From: Felis catus
Lineage: Eukaryota
Length of the DNA stretch: 64,000 nucleotides
Assembly (NCBI RefSeq): GCF_018350175.1
Contig: NC_058369.1
Location: 1,738,001-1,802,000, forward strand
Direction: 5' to 3'
Below are positions 36,746 to 49,396 of the stretch, piece after piece. Made by a program: the position numbers and the translations under genes. Position 1 is the first letter of the stretch. Each line of letters begins with the position of its first letter. Below the pieces are notes generated by a model. That model was not told the origin of the DNA, did not search any database, and saw only the letters and a program-made list of their open reading frames with translations.

Positions 36746-38297
36746 AGAGTTCGAGCTGAGAGCCACCTTGCTACAAAGTCAGACAGGACTCGTGTTCCTC
36801 AGGCAGAACGAAACGGTTTACAGACACTGTCCTATGAGCCACGTCCCCCGCTCCCCCAAATACGGTCACTTACAGTCACACTTACGCTGGTACAAAGGTT
36901 CCCACCAACACAAATATCCACTCCTATGGACAATTGCACCGCCCACCCCTACGTGTAGCCTACACCATCATTACATACACAGACTATCACAGTAACACCC
37001 TACCCGAATGACAGCCACACACACACACACACACAAACACACACGAGTGTAAGCGTAGACACAAGCCATCTGCCTGTCCACGCCAAGTTGCACAAATGCA
37101 CCACCCATGGTCACCGCACCGCCCCCCCCAGGCCTACAGCCCACTTCATGGCTTGTCAGACACACTCCCACGGGGTCCCATGAGTGTGGCGTTATCTAGA
37201 CAGTCTGGAGCACTCAGAATCTCCTGGTGGAGGTAAAGCCCTGACCCCAGGAGACACGCCTTCCTGGGCAGACCCCCTCTCTCTGGGGCACAGCTGGTGG
37301 GAGACAGACTCTGCCTTGAGCCCCCTCAGATCCTGCTGGTGCTGGGTCCAGCCGCCTGCCCCTGGATGGGGCCCCGGGTACCGCCTCCCCAGCACCCCAT
37401 GTCCCCCTGCCTGAGGCTCGGTGGTGACACACTGTGCCAGTCTGTGAGCCGTTGTCTGGGGACACCGTCCATATTCACGCTGGACAGTCCCCTTGGGTTG
37501 TGCTGTGGCCATGGGCCAGTCCTAGGCCTCCCCTGCCTGCACCGCAGCCTCACCTCAGGCTGGGCGAGCAGTGGGACTCCAGGCTGGCGGGGTGCTGTCG
37601 CAGGCTCTGTGGTTATTGCCTGGTGGCCTGAGACCCATCCTGCAAGCCTCCCCCCCCACCCCCACCCCCGAACCGAGGCTGTGGGGACAGAGGTGAGGAC
37701 TGATCTGGGACCTGGGGTGGGGGCACAGGCCAGAAGTCACGAAGGATGGAGCAGGGGCAGTGTATATTAAACACCAAAAGGAGGAACCGAACTCTGAGGT
37801 CCATGTGCATTTCAACTCTCCCCCCCCCCGCCCCCAGCAAGGTCACAGTGATCTAATGGGGGAGACACAGGTCTGGCTCGGGGCACCCAAGGGAAAGAGA
37901 CAGAGATGGGCAGAGACAGGGGAGACCTGGCGTCCTCAGGCTCAGCGGGGACGGGCAGCTTCCCCATTTTCTCATGTGCGGATCCAGGGGGCCACCTCCA
38001 GCACTTGGCTTTGGGGGGTGCAGACAGGGCTGGGGGGCAGAGAAGGAGGGAAGGCAGAGCCGTGCGGCAGAGCCAGGTTGGAGCCCCAGACCTGCCGTGG
38101 GCTCACTGGGGCCTCGGTTTTCCCCCCCGCAGAGGTGTTGGATGAAGGAAGGGAAGAAGACAGATGAGAGGGAGAGAGAAGGAGAAGGGGGGGGGGATGG
38201 CGGGGAGGATCGAGGGACGGGAGTGGAGGGCTGGAGGAGGAGGAGGAGCAGGGGCTTTGGGAGAGGCTTGGACCGGCCGGTGGCGGGCGTCCCGGGC

Positions 38298-38894
38298 TCA
38301 CATGAGGACGCATTTGCCCTTGACGCGGTCTGTCCTCTTCTGTTTGCTGGAGCGCTTGCCGTCGATGTTCAGGCTCATGTTCCGGCGCGTCTCCAGCGTC
38401 AGCAGCTCCTGGAAAAGCTCCTTGACGTTGTAGTTCATCTTGGCCGACGTCTCCATGAAGGCGCACTTCCACTCCTGGGCCACGGCCTGGGCCTCGCGGG
38501 TGTCCACCTCCCGCTGTGTCTCATCGCACTTGTTGCCCACCAGCATGACGGGGATGTCCTCTACGCTGCCCTTGATCTGCACGATGAGCTTGTAGATGGG
38601 CCCCAGCTCCTCCAGCGACTGCTTGCTGGTGATGGAGTAGACCAGGATGAAGGCGTGGCCCTTGGAGATGGACAGCCGCTGCATGGCCGGGAACTGGTGG
38701 CTGCCCGTGGTGTCGGTGATCTGCAGCGTGCATACGCTCTTGTCACAGCTGATCACCTGCCGGTAGGTGTCCTCGATGGTGGGGATGTAGGTGTCCCGGA
38801 ACGTGCCCTTGACGAAGCGAAGCACCAGCGAGCTCTTGCCCACGCCGCCCGCCCCGAACACCACCACTCGGTAGTCGTTGCTCTGTTCAGGCAT
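38298..38894 (-). CDS. DIRAS1: GTP-binding protein Di-Ras1, complete single-exon CDS (198 aa)
   Basis: [24 protein letters not shown]... with P-loop GAGGVGKS, effector YIPTIEDTY, Di-Ras-type DTTGSH, NKCD, ETSAK and C-terminal [19 protein letters not shown] and [11 protein letters not shown] fit DIRAS1; neighbours fit the DIRAS1 locus. Confidence 0.98.
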   Translation of the reverse strand: MPEQSNDYRVVVFGAGGVGKSSLVLRFVKGTFRDTYIPTIEDTYRQVISCDKSVCTLQITDTTGSHQFPAMQRLSISKGHAFILVYSITSKQSLEELGPIYKLIVQIKGSVEDIPVMLVGNKCDETQREVDTREAQAVAQEWKCAFMETSAKMNYNVKELFQELLTLETRRNMSLNIDGKRSSKQKRTDRVKGKCVLM

Positions 38895-40969
38895 CTTCCA
38901 CGCGGTGGGTGGGGGTCAGGGCCGGGAGGGCTCGTGCCAGCTGCTAGAACCCCAGACCGACCCTGCACAGAGAGGAGTGTCAGGCACAAAAGGCCCCAGG
39001 CGGGAGGGGGGACAGCTCTGGGCCCCTGGGGGTGAGGTGGTACAGTACAAGGGGCAGCTTCTCAGAGGAGACGGCGCTTCTCCCGCATCCTGGGAAGGCC
39101 CTCTGGTTGATTTGGCTGACTCGGCAATTCTACCCTGCAGGCAGGCTTGGAGCCAGCCTCCTTCGCTTGCTTCCCAGCCCCGACACAACCTGGGGCCCAA
39201 GCTCCTTCCCAGGGGACCCTGGGCTGGAAGAGGTGCAGGGATGCGGCGTGCAGTGCACAAACTTCTTTCCCCACCTGCACGTCCCCCTCCCCCAGGCTGC
39301 CCTGGCTTCTCCTTCCCTTCCTAGTACGGCCGTGAGTTCTTAGAAGCCAGCACACCTGGCTCTGTGACCCTGAGCCTCAGTGTCCTCTTCTGTGAAGTGG
39401 GTGAACGGGTGCCTCTCTCCGACAACCACAGGCTCCCTGCCCTTCCCCCAGCCCAGAGGTCCCTGAAGCTCACGGGAACCGCGTGTCTTTAACAGGCCTG
39501 TCCGCGTGGGCCCGGAAGTGACAAACCTAGTGGCCCAGGGAACTTGCACCGTAAAGCCGCTCCCCTCTCTTATCCCGTAAGTGCGATCCTGATGCTGGAG
39601 GTCCAAGAGTCACAATCTTGCAAATCGTGGCCCTGATTTCTGAGAGCAGCCCAGACTGGAGGTGGGAAAACTAAACTGAGCCCAGAGAGAAAGGTCCCCC
39701 CTTCCTGCACTCTGCACCCAGAGGATAGTCTGGCCTGTCCTGGCCTCCGGTTCGGGTCTGCTGTTGTCTGTAGGAACAGAACCTCCTGAAAGGGCATCCC
39801 CCTATCATCTCTCTCTGCACCTGTAGTCAGAGAGGTCCAGTGGCCTCAGGAGCTCACACAGCACAACAAACCCTGAAAGGATGGAGGTGAGGGGAGAGCC
39901 CTGGGCTGGGGGGGGGGGGGATAGCAGAAGGCCTGTCCCCAGCCTGTGTCCTTACTTAGGAAAAGCAGGACACCCCTTCCCTTCTTTCTTCCCAGCCGTC
40001 TCTGAGGGTCCCTGAGTACGGAGCTAGGTCCACAGTGGGAGAGAGGAGACATAAGATCGCACCTGGACCAAGTCACCTCCCTCGGGTGTGTAGGGGTGTA
40101 AGACCAGGTGGTGAGAACCCGGGAAGGTCAGCTGGGGCCCCCAAGCCGTGGTTTTGTCCTCTGTGAATGTGAGCAGGCACGCTGCCTGTTCCACAGGTTG
40201 CTGGGGCGAGCACTGTGGGAGCCGGATAAAGCCCATAGCCAGGCTCCCGGCACACGGGGGCTCCCGGTAAAGATGGGCGGTCATAACTGTCCATCACCAG
40301 GGCTCAGGGCAGGTTCTGAAGGATCACAGGTACCAGGTTCGCCAGAGACAGAACGATAAAAGTGACAGCAGACACATACCCCACTTACGTGCCAGGCCTG
40401 CCTCTACAGGCTTCCCAGTACTACCTCCTAGTAGACCGGATAGGCATGGTGGTGATGTGCATAGCAATTCTCACCATTGGGAGCCGGCGGCGGGGGAGGG
40501 GGGTGGCGAGGGGCACCGGCCAGCTCGGCAGGCACTGCCCTTCCCTTGGGTGGGCACCCAGAGAAGAGGGCACGTGAGTGTGCAGCCAGGCACCGCCATG
40601 ACTGGCTGGGAGACCCAGACCGCCCTTGTCCTGCTCCGGGTGCAGACCCCCTGGCAGGACTCCAGGCCCCTCAGCATGGTGTCCTCTAGAAAGGGCCCTG
40701 CGACCCTGGAGTAGGAGCCCCCATTCAATAACCCATGCCAGGCACCTACCTTGTGCTGTTTGAATCTCACCCTCTTCCTCCTCCTGCGGGGTGGGGGTAG
40801 GGGGCACGGCAGGAGGCTCCAGGGGTGGGGGGGACTAGCTCAAGGTCACAGAGCAGAGCAGGATTTGAACTGGGCCCTGGTTGGCTACACAGACCTCCTC
40901 CTGTGCAAGGCAGCCCTCCCCAACACTCCTGGGGCCAGGAGAACAGGCCGGGGCCCAGGGGACGGCACA

Positions 40970-40972
<3 letters not shown>

Positions 40973-41009
<37 letters not shown>
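40973..41009. repeat. (AC)n microsatellite in the DIRAS1 intron
   Basis: Direct reading. Confidence 0.95.
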
Positions 41010-41013
<4 letters not shown>

Positions 41014-41595
41014 TCACGCAGGGCTCAACCAAATGGGGGGAGGGGTCTGGCTTAGGGACCTAGGGGTTGGATGACAGGGGGCCTGAGGGAGGGGAGACAC
41101 ACTCAGGGGACCGGCCCACGGGGCTCCCCTTGGCCAGCGGAGGATCTCAGCGGTGGGGGAAGGGGCCGACCAGGGGAGGGGCTCCCGGGCGAGGGGCTTG
41201 CTTCGGCTCCCGGGCGAGGGGCGGGAAGCCGAGCCGGTGCTCCGCGGGAAGACGGGCCCAGGGCCCAACTGGCCCCGCGCGGAGGGGGCTCTGACTGAGC
41301 GGGACAGACCCACCCAGAGAGGGGGCCTGCGCTGGACCTGGGGGAGGGGCCGGCTTGGCCCAGGGTCGCCCGGCAAGTACCGCGGGGGCGGGAGGGCGCG
41401 GAGGGGGAGCTGTCCAAGGTGGGCGCGCCGAGGGCCAGGGCCCCTCGGATCTGGGGAGGGGGCTCCGGTGGGGGGGCCGCCGGGAGGAGGAGGGCCCGGC
41501 CCCGCGGCCGGGAGGGTGGGGCTCGGACAAAGGAGGGGCGCGCGCGTGAGGGGCGGCGGGGCCCGGCGCCCCGGCCCCCCGCCCCGGCCGCCTAC

Positions 41596-41694
41596 CTGGG
41601 CGCTCGTCCTGCGGCGCCGCCGCGGCTGCTGCTGGCCGGCTCGTGTCCGCTCGGGCGCCGCCGCCCCCCGCGCGCCCGCCGCCCGCCCGCCCGA

Positions 41695-41735
<41 letters not shown>

Positions 41736-41740
41736 GCCCG
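41596..41740 (-). other. DIRAS1: DIRAS1 non-coding exon 1 (5' end approximate)
   Basis: Donor CCCAG|gtaggc at 41596/41595 inside a dense CpG island 2.6 kb upstream of the exon-2 acceptor. Confidence 0.75.
41695..41733. repeat. (GCC)13 trinucleotide repeat
   Basis: Direct reading. Confidence 0.95.
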
Positions 41741-44268
41741 CGCCCGTCCCCGCCCGTCCCCGCCCGCCGGGCGCCGCGCTCCGCCCCTCCCCGGGGACCC
41801 GCGCCCGGCCAAGGTCACCGCCGCGCCGACCCCCGCCCCGCGCACACGCGCCCCTGCCGGCGCACCGGGGAGCCGCCGGGCCGCGGGGGCGCCGTGGGGT
41901 GGGGTCTGCCTCCGGGGGGCCCCTGCGCCCCAGGGTCACCCCGGAGCCAGGAGCTGGGCAAGAGCCGGGCAGAGTCGAGGTCACCCGGGGAGCAAAGGGA
42001 GGGGGCCGTTGGCAGAAGTGCACGTGAGGGGCTGGGGGAGCAGAAGGGGCCGGCGGGGGCGGGGGTGGGTTGGTGGGGCCCCACACTAGAGTGGGGCTGT
42101 TGCTGGGATGAAGACGGCATCTCCGACGAGGAGATGTCTGAGGCAGCAGCTGGGGGGCAGTGGGAATGTCCCTGGAGACCCCGCCCCCACCTGAGGGGCC
42201 TCCCCCCCCCCCCCCACTCCCGGCAGGGGCCGCAGAGGGGAGCGAGAGAGGAAGTGAAGACCGCGCTAGGTCTGGGTCGGGGGATGGCAGCTGTAAGACT
42301 GGGGGCCCATTTGAATGGAGGGGTCAATAAAGGGGGCTTCGGAGCCGGGTTGGTGGCTTTGTTGTCGGAAACGTCTATCTTCCTCTGGTAGGAGTTGTCG
42401 CTGGGAATAAATGTTTGCCTTTCTGAAGTGCCTGTGCATTCGGTGTCCGTGTGTCCGGTTTAAGGCAACAAGACAGCTCCTGAAAAACAGGACGGAGGGC
42501 AGAGGCTCATCTCGGAGACTGGACTGTCAGGTGCAGCAGCCGGGCTAAGGGGGGGCATGACAGCCCCAGGCTCCAAAAAGCCCATTAGAGGAAGGTGCCC
42601 CTCGATGGGAAGGTCGACACCAAGGTCCCACGAGAAGGGACTCTCTGGGGCCAGAACAGTGGGAGGGTAAATGGTGTTTGATAGGTGGTGAGCTCCCCAT
42701 CATGAGGTGTGTGAGCAGATGGTCGGCTGGAGCCTACAGGCCCCTCGGGCTTTTGGCTTCTGGATCCTCATTGACTCATCGTCTCCATGGCTCTGACTGA
42801 GGTGGATGCTTCCTGCTCCCCTTGGAAACGTGGCCACTGTTTCACTGTCCCTCAGAGCCACCTGGCTCCCACAGAGGCTGGGCTGAGGTTCGTCCTGCTT
42901 CTGGGGCTCAGAGGCCCCCATTTCTCCCCGATCCAGACCCTCATCTGCAGGCCTCTCTCACCTGCCTCCTTCCTGGTCTCCCAGGATCACCCCTCCAACT
43001 CTCCTTCCTCCCGGGCATTGAATGCCCAGCTTCCAACACGGGCCTCTAATACTCTAATGCTGCCTGTGGCTCCCTTCGCCAGCTTCTCAGCCTGGCGTTC
43101 AAGTTCCTCTGAGGCCTGGCCTGAGCGCTCCTCCTGGTCCCTGGGGGCTGCTTGGAGCTGTTCCCCAGGGACATTTCCCTACTGTCCTGTTGGGGCACCT
43201 CAGAGCGTGATCTGGCCCCAGCCCCTCATCTTGGGGTGCCCTCAACCAGAGGTGAAGACAGCCCGGTCGGCAGATAGGTAAGAACTTTTGGTCTGGGTTG
43301 CCATGTCCCAGCCAAGCGCCCCTCTGAGCCTCAGTTTCCTCATCTGCGAATGAAGATCACTGTTGTCTCTCAGGGCTGCAGGGAGTGATCCGGATGACGT
43401 CTGCCTACGTGGGGCTGCCAGGCACATGGGTACCCCGCGGCGACAGCCCCGCTCCCTCCCACTCCAATGGCCTGCCTGCCGTGGTCTCCTGAGCGACCGG
43501 CCCACACTTGGCTTGGGCCTCCGGCCTCTGGCCAGCTCTCCGGCTCCTCCGGGTGCCTGCCCAGGCCAGGGCAGGCTGACTCATGCGTAGGAGTGTGGGC
43601 GCAGCCAGCAGCTCCACTCTGTGGCTATTTATAGCTCCCAGGCCAGGCTCTTGGCCTTGTGAGCTGGGGGAGGACAGGCCCGAGTCCCCTCCCTGCTCTC
43701 CCCAGGGCATGGGGGCCCAAATCGCCATCGGAGCACCCCAAACTAGGATAGCCGTGACCCTTGCCTACGGCCGGCCGGGGGGCCTTGGCCTTTGTGAGCA
43801 TGGGTATGTGCTGGCAAGAGGCCGGCTGGGGCTGGAACTCGAGTCCCTCCAGCTCTGAAGCCGCCACCCAGACTTCTTGCTGTCCCTGGCTGGCCATTCC
43901 TGTCCTGCAGAAGCCCTCTCCGCTGCAACGGACAAGCGTTCACCTGCAAAGTCCCAGCGCCTGGCCTGGCAGCCCGTGGGAATTGTCCCTGTCTCAATGC
44001 TCATCCCCTCCTCCCCCCCCGCCCCGGCCCCCACTCCCGGTGGTACCGTGGGGGGAAGAAGGTGGCTGAGATGCATTCTCTGGCTCTGTGCTCCCAGGAT
44101 TAATGCAATTAGGTGGGCAAAGCAGAGGCTGAGTGTCACACAGCCTCTAACAGATGCAGTTTGCCCCACAAAGGCTGTTTTGTTTGTTTTTTTTTAAGTT
44201 TGGTGTCAACATTTGAAAGGAAGAAAATCATTTGTCAAAACTCAGTTTGCCTTGAAAAATGAAAAGAA

Positions 44269-44497
44269 GGGGCGCCTGGGTGGCTCAGTCGGTTGAGCGG
44301 CCGACTTCGGCTCAGGTCACGATCTCGCGGTCTGTGAGTTCGAGCCCCACGTCGGGCTCTGTGCTGACAGCTCGGAGCCTGGAGCCTGTTTCCGATTCTG
44401 TGTCTCCCTCTTTCTGACCCTCCCCCATTCATGCTCTGTCTCTCTCTGTCTCAAAAATAAATAAACGTTAAAAAAAAAAAAAAAGAAAAAAGAAAAA
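44269..44497 (+). mobile_element. CAN-SINE (SINEC_Fc-like)
   Basis: Near-consensus body and A tail. Confidence 0.95.
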
Positions 44498-44979
44498 TGA
44501 ATGGGCTGGCCCTCCCGAGCCCGAATTCCTGCCAGTCAGTCTCTGCAGGAGCTGGACCCCAGCCCCGGCTGAAAGAGGATGGTTCGTCACCGAAGCCACC
44601 TGGCGGGCCAGTGGAGGCAGCCCGGGGTTCCTCCCTGAGTACGGGGTCACTGAAGTCTTTGCACTGGCAGGATAAAGCCCTGTGATGCCAGGGTGGCTGT
44701 GGTCGGTCAGAAAAAAGGGCCACGACTCCCAGAGACCTCATGGCCTTTGCACAGCCTGCCCACCTCCCCCCCCCCCCACCACTGGAAAAGTTCTTTCCCC
44801 ATCTTCTTGGGACTCGAGTGGCTCGTAGAGATTTCCTCCCGGACCATGTTGCTAACATTGTTTCCATTTTCCTTGTCTCTCTCTCCCTTCGCTTTGCTTT
44901 TTCTGTCATTGTCACCTGATACTGCACTGCACGTGGGTGTCATCTGTCCCCTCACTAGGTGAGCTGCTATGCGTCCCAG

Positions 44980-45340
44980 GGTGGTGGGCCTCCCCCTTGG
45001 GTGAGTCTGCTCCCAGGGGACAGGGGGCCGTGTCTGGGAACATCTGTAGTCGCCACAATTGGGGTACTCCTGGCATCACGTGGGCGGGGGCTGGGGATGC
45101 TGCTCCCTCCCTCCCCCCCGCCCCTGCACAGTGCCCAGGACAGTCCTGTGTCGGCAGTTCTGGGGGAGAGAGAGAGCCCAGAGGAGGGCAATGGATTCCA
45201 AACGTGTCCCCAGACCAGCATAACCGGGGGGCTTGGCAGAGATGCAAGTCCGGCAGCCCCACCCCGCAGCCAGAATGCTGCTCCCACCCTACACTGGGCA
45301 AGACCGCCCCAAATGTCCGTGGTGCCGAGATGGAGACAGT
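44980..45340 (+). mobile_element. MER20-like sequence (split or two fragments)
   Basis: gtgtctgggaacatctgtagtc...ctcctggcatc; ccccaaatgtccgtggtgccgaga. Confidence 0.6.
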
Positions 45341-48300
45341 GTTCCAGGCCATCAGCCCAAGGGGTCAGAGGGAGGCCCAGCCGGTCCCTTGAGGGAGAGG
45401 CCCCATCAGCTGTGGAGCAGTCGACTTTGGTCATGCCTCCCGTGCGCTGCAGAAGTGGGAGCTCTGAACTGCCCATCTGTCCAGCCAGGGTGGGCAGCCC
45501 GCGATCACAGCCCGCATTCGGGACACCGCAGCCAGCCAGGTCAGCGGTCCCTGCCCCGGGAGCTACAGAGAGGCCTCTGGGGTGACAGGACACGGAAGGG
45601 CTTCTCCCTGCTTCGGCCTAATGTGGCATCAGCACCTGACCGCCCAGAGAACAGTTCCAGGGTCCTCTGGAATGACACCCGTGCCCTATAGTGGACCCCT
45701 CTCCGCCTGCAGGAGGCGCTGGGAAGGTCAGAAAGGTTGGTCACTGGCTTTGTCCACAAGCACAAGCTGGTGCACGGTTCAGGGCGGGCGTGGGCTGGGC
45801 CAGGTGGGACGCGTGCCTCCCTCTTCCTGACAGGGCCGAGGGTCCAGAGCTAGTGGCCAGGGGAGGTCTGACACCATCTGTGGAGGCACCATCCCATCCA
45901 CTGCCTGTCTTGGGGACTGGAAAGACACCGGCTGGGAACCGGTGCTGCCCCTCCCCGCCCCACACTAATAACTTCTGCACCAGAGACGCAAACAGCAGAC
46001 AACAGAAGCCCTGACACGCTGCTATTAAGGTTGATTCAATCCACAAGGCCTGGGTGCCGCCTCGTAATTTCCTCCTGTCTCCAGATGAGGGAGGGGAATC
46101 TGGGTGACTCCATCCAGCTGTCGCCTGTGCCATGAGCCCCTACGCACGGCAGACCTCAGAGGGCTGAGGGTGGGGCCAGGGACTTCCTGGTGGAGGCAAA
46201 CGCTCCAGTGGGCTTGGCCGACGACCGGAGCCCGGTTGGAGGTAACTCCCCTCCTGGCAGAGCTCTGAATGGCGCCCCCAGCCCAGGGCACCCCCCCCCC
46301 AATCCTGCCCATCCAGGAACCTGCCGGGTCAGGGCCAATCAGGTGGCTGGGGGCGGCCCCGACCCTGCCAAGTCCACGCAGACAAGGTTGGTGCCCGGTG
46401 TTCTGAGCTGAGGCTGCGGTTATTTACGACAGCAAGCAGGGTGTGCGGTCTGGGCACTCACGTCCACGTCGTGACGACAGAGCCTCCAGTCCCGGCCGAG
46501 TGTGCTACGCTGTCTGTCAGCAGGTGTGCGCCTCCCTCTTTCGTACACGCACACAGGATCTCACGGCTAACTGGCCTCTACGCGCAACTCACCATCGCTT
46601 CCCGTGACTCAAAGCAGCACCTCTCCCTGTCTGCACCAAGGACATTCAGCCCAGTGGGGGCATCCTCTGCGGGGGTGTCCAGGGCACTGCGGGGGCTGAG
46701 TGGCACCCCGGCCCCACCCACCGGGTGCCAGGACACCCCCGTGTGGCAAACATAGATGTCCCCAGACACTGCCTGGTGCGCCCTAGGGGGTCACCCCCTT
46801 ACTGAGAAAGACCCCCAGGAGGCAGGAATCTCCACCGACGTTCCCTCGATATGACAAAGTTGCATAGCGATGGCCTTTTGCGGCTGACGTCCAGTCTCGT
46901 AGCGGGGCCGATCCTGGGCCAGGTGGTGAGCAATCCAGTCTTGTTCAAGACAAGCTCCTGTCAGCAAGTGGCAGTGCTCTTGTGTCAGAGCTGGTGGGGG
47001 GACAGGGCCACCAGGGGCCAGGGAAGCTCAGGAGTGAGTGCTGCTTCTCCGGGGCCTCCGTCAGAGGGCACAACAGCCACTCTTCCCACCTTGACGTGGG
47101 GACGGTCTGCTCCTCGCCCCACGCGGGGAAAGCTGACCAAAGCTAAGACACTGTCACCCCTCACGGCTGGCCGACCGTGGCAGCTTCCATAAGCAGGTCC
47201 CAGGGCTGATCCTGGCTCCGCTGACCACAGAAGACAGGAGGGGTGGCCGGGAGTGGCCTTGGGGGGCTGCTGTGGCAGTCTGTGTCCGCTCTTGCAACAT
47301 AGCCCCCTCACACTTCTCGGGGCTCCGGGGTCCTTGAAGCAGCTTTGCTGGGGCTGGTGGGACGGTAGGGAGGGCAGGTCAGCCAGGAGTGGCCATGGCC
47401 CAGCAGATGGAGAGGGTTAGGATGCTGGGGACCAGGGTGGCTGGCCTGGGGCCCACAGAGGGGCACCCGGGTCTTTCCACACCCCAAGGTTCCTGGCTGG
47501 CGCGACGGTGCCCTTCCCGGGTTGGCTGGTCAGGAAGCTGGCTCAGGGTGAGGGGGACAACATGGCCTTGGGACCTCCATGGGTTCGGCGGGGGGACGTG
47601 GGCAGTCAGGCTGTGGTGTCCCCAGGGCCACTCCATGGAGCTGATGGCTGGCAGGAGGGGAGACCCTGCTGTGTGTGTGCTTTTGGCAGTGATGGGGGAT
47701 ACAAAGCTGAGACCCCGGAGCAGACTTCCTCGGTCCAGGTGAAGGTGGGCTACAGAACCTGGTGGCTCCACAGACACCCGCCTCCCCGCCCCTGGGGAGA
47801 AGGCCAAATGGGTGGAAACTTCCAGTTCCGGGGTGGGGTGAAGTGTGGCAGCAGAGGCTGCCAACACTGGGTTTAGGCCACCGTGGAAAGGAGGGTGGAG
47901 GCCCCCATCCCCATGGCGGTCATCGTCCCAGCACAGGGACAGGGCGGGCCGTGTGGGGTTCAGAGATGGGACCCCAGAAGAAAAGAAGTTTCTAGCAACG
48001 GGACAGTTCACATGACAAGGTGGGGGCAGGCAGAGCACAAGTGGGGGGGCTCGGACACACATCCCCACTCCCCCCACCTCTTGTGACAAAACTCAAGGGG
48101 GCCAGGGCCATGGCACAGGTGTCCCCTCGGGCCTTGTGCTGGGAGGGGCTGAGCGGTGGCAGCAGGCAGCCCCCGGGGCGCAGGCGCGCCCACCCACCCA
48201 CCAACCCTTGGGCAGGCAGTTCACGTCCCGGGGCAGAAGGGGCCTGTGCTTGCCAGGGCTTAATCTGCTGAGCGGTGGGGGGGGGGGGGGGGGGGGGGGG

Positions 48301-49396
48301 GAAGGGCTGCTGGCCGTGAGGGGCGCAGGGTGGAGATCCAGGGTCCTGGGAAGGCGCGCTCCAGGGCCCGCGTGCCTGCAGCTGAGTGGCCAAGTGAGGA
48401 GGCCCGAGTGCCCGTGACGGAGCTTGCGAGGCTGAGGCCACCAGCACCCGGCCTGGCCACGGGCCCGCCCTCCCTCCTGTAGCACCTCTGGTGGCTTCAA
48501 GCCAGACACGTGGAATCCGCTGGGAAAGGCTGTCACCCCTGACTCCGTTCCCAGAGGCACGGCTCTGGGCTTCTGCGACAACAGGTTGCCACGGAGCTGA
48601 CGCCCAGGGTTGGCACCAGCCCCACACTCACCCGAGGCAGGTGCTGGCTTTATGTGTCTGTGCATCGGGCAAGGTGAATGGCGTGTGGCCCTGCCCCCAT
48701 AGCCCACGGAAGTCTGTCTCACTCCGGGGACAGGACTGACAACCAACCAACCACGCTGGCCCCCGGCCCCACCTGCGCATCTCTCGGGTCCATGGGCCTC
48801 TGTTCCCTTAAAGAACCCACACGCTCACCCGGCCCACCAAGGGTGTGTGGGAGGGGGCACGCAGGAAGGCAGGGAGGAGGGGAGTCCTGAGGTGCCCAGG
48901 ACCCTGCCCGTCTCCCAGGAGGCACGGCGTCAGGTGGCAGGAGTTAGAGCTGCCCTGTGATCCCTGGTCAGACGCTCCAGGCTGGCGGGCTCCTCTGTTA
49001 GGAACAGAGCCAGCTGGGAGCAGAGGACGCAAGTCTCAAGCCTCCGACTGGGCTCAGCGGCTCAGATAGGCCATATTCCTGTCCTGTACACCGGTGGGAG
49101 TGTGCGGGGGAGGAGAGGGGAGGGTCCCAGCCCGACCCCCTCCGGGTGCCCGGGCCCCAGCGCCTGTGCGAGTCCTCAGATCCCAATGCCAGAGGACGAC
49201 ATGGCCACACAGCTTTGGTAAGTAATTATAAGAGCAGTGTTTTTAAAAGTGGTCGCGGTGCCTCGGGCTCGGGGCATAGGATCTGGGGCGCAGCCCCTCC
49301 GTGCACAGGCGGAAGCCCGGGGCCTGAGCGCCCCCGCCTGGGGGACGGGGGGGGGCTGGGGGACCGCCTGTGTCCGGCGGGCGGGCGGTGGGCAGT

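Larger units (their letters stand above)
35700..38962 (-). other. DIRAS1: DIRAS1 exon 2 (68-nt 5'UTR part, CDS, ~2.6-kb 3'UTR)
   Basis: Minus-strand acceptor ctcctctctgtgcag|GGTCGG at 38963/38962; AATAAA on minus strand at 35720-35725; exact cleavage site approximate. Confidence 0.8.
41100..41950. promoter_or_regulatory. CpG island / DIRAS1 promoter
   Basis: Extremely GC- and CpG-rich, multiple GC boxes (ccccgccc), (GCC)13 tract. Confidence 0.85.

Noticed and set aside
37974..39035. 353-aa + strand ORF
   Set aside because: Antisense shadow of the GC3-rich DIRAS1 CDS; no recognisable domain
41147..42391. Several long ORFs (up to 412 aa) with poly-Pro/Ala/Arg
   Set aside because: Stop-poor CpG island and GCC repeat, open in most frames
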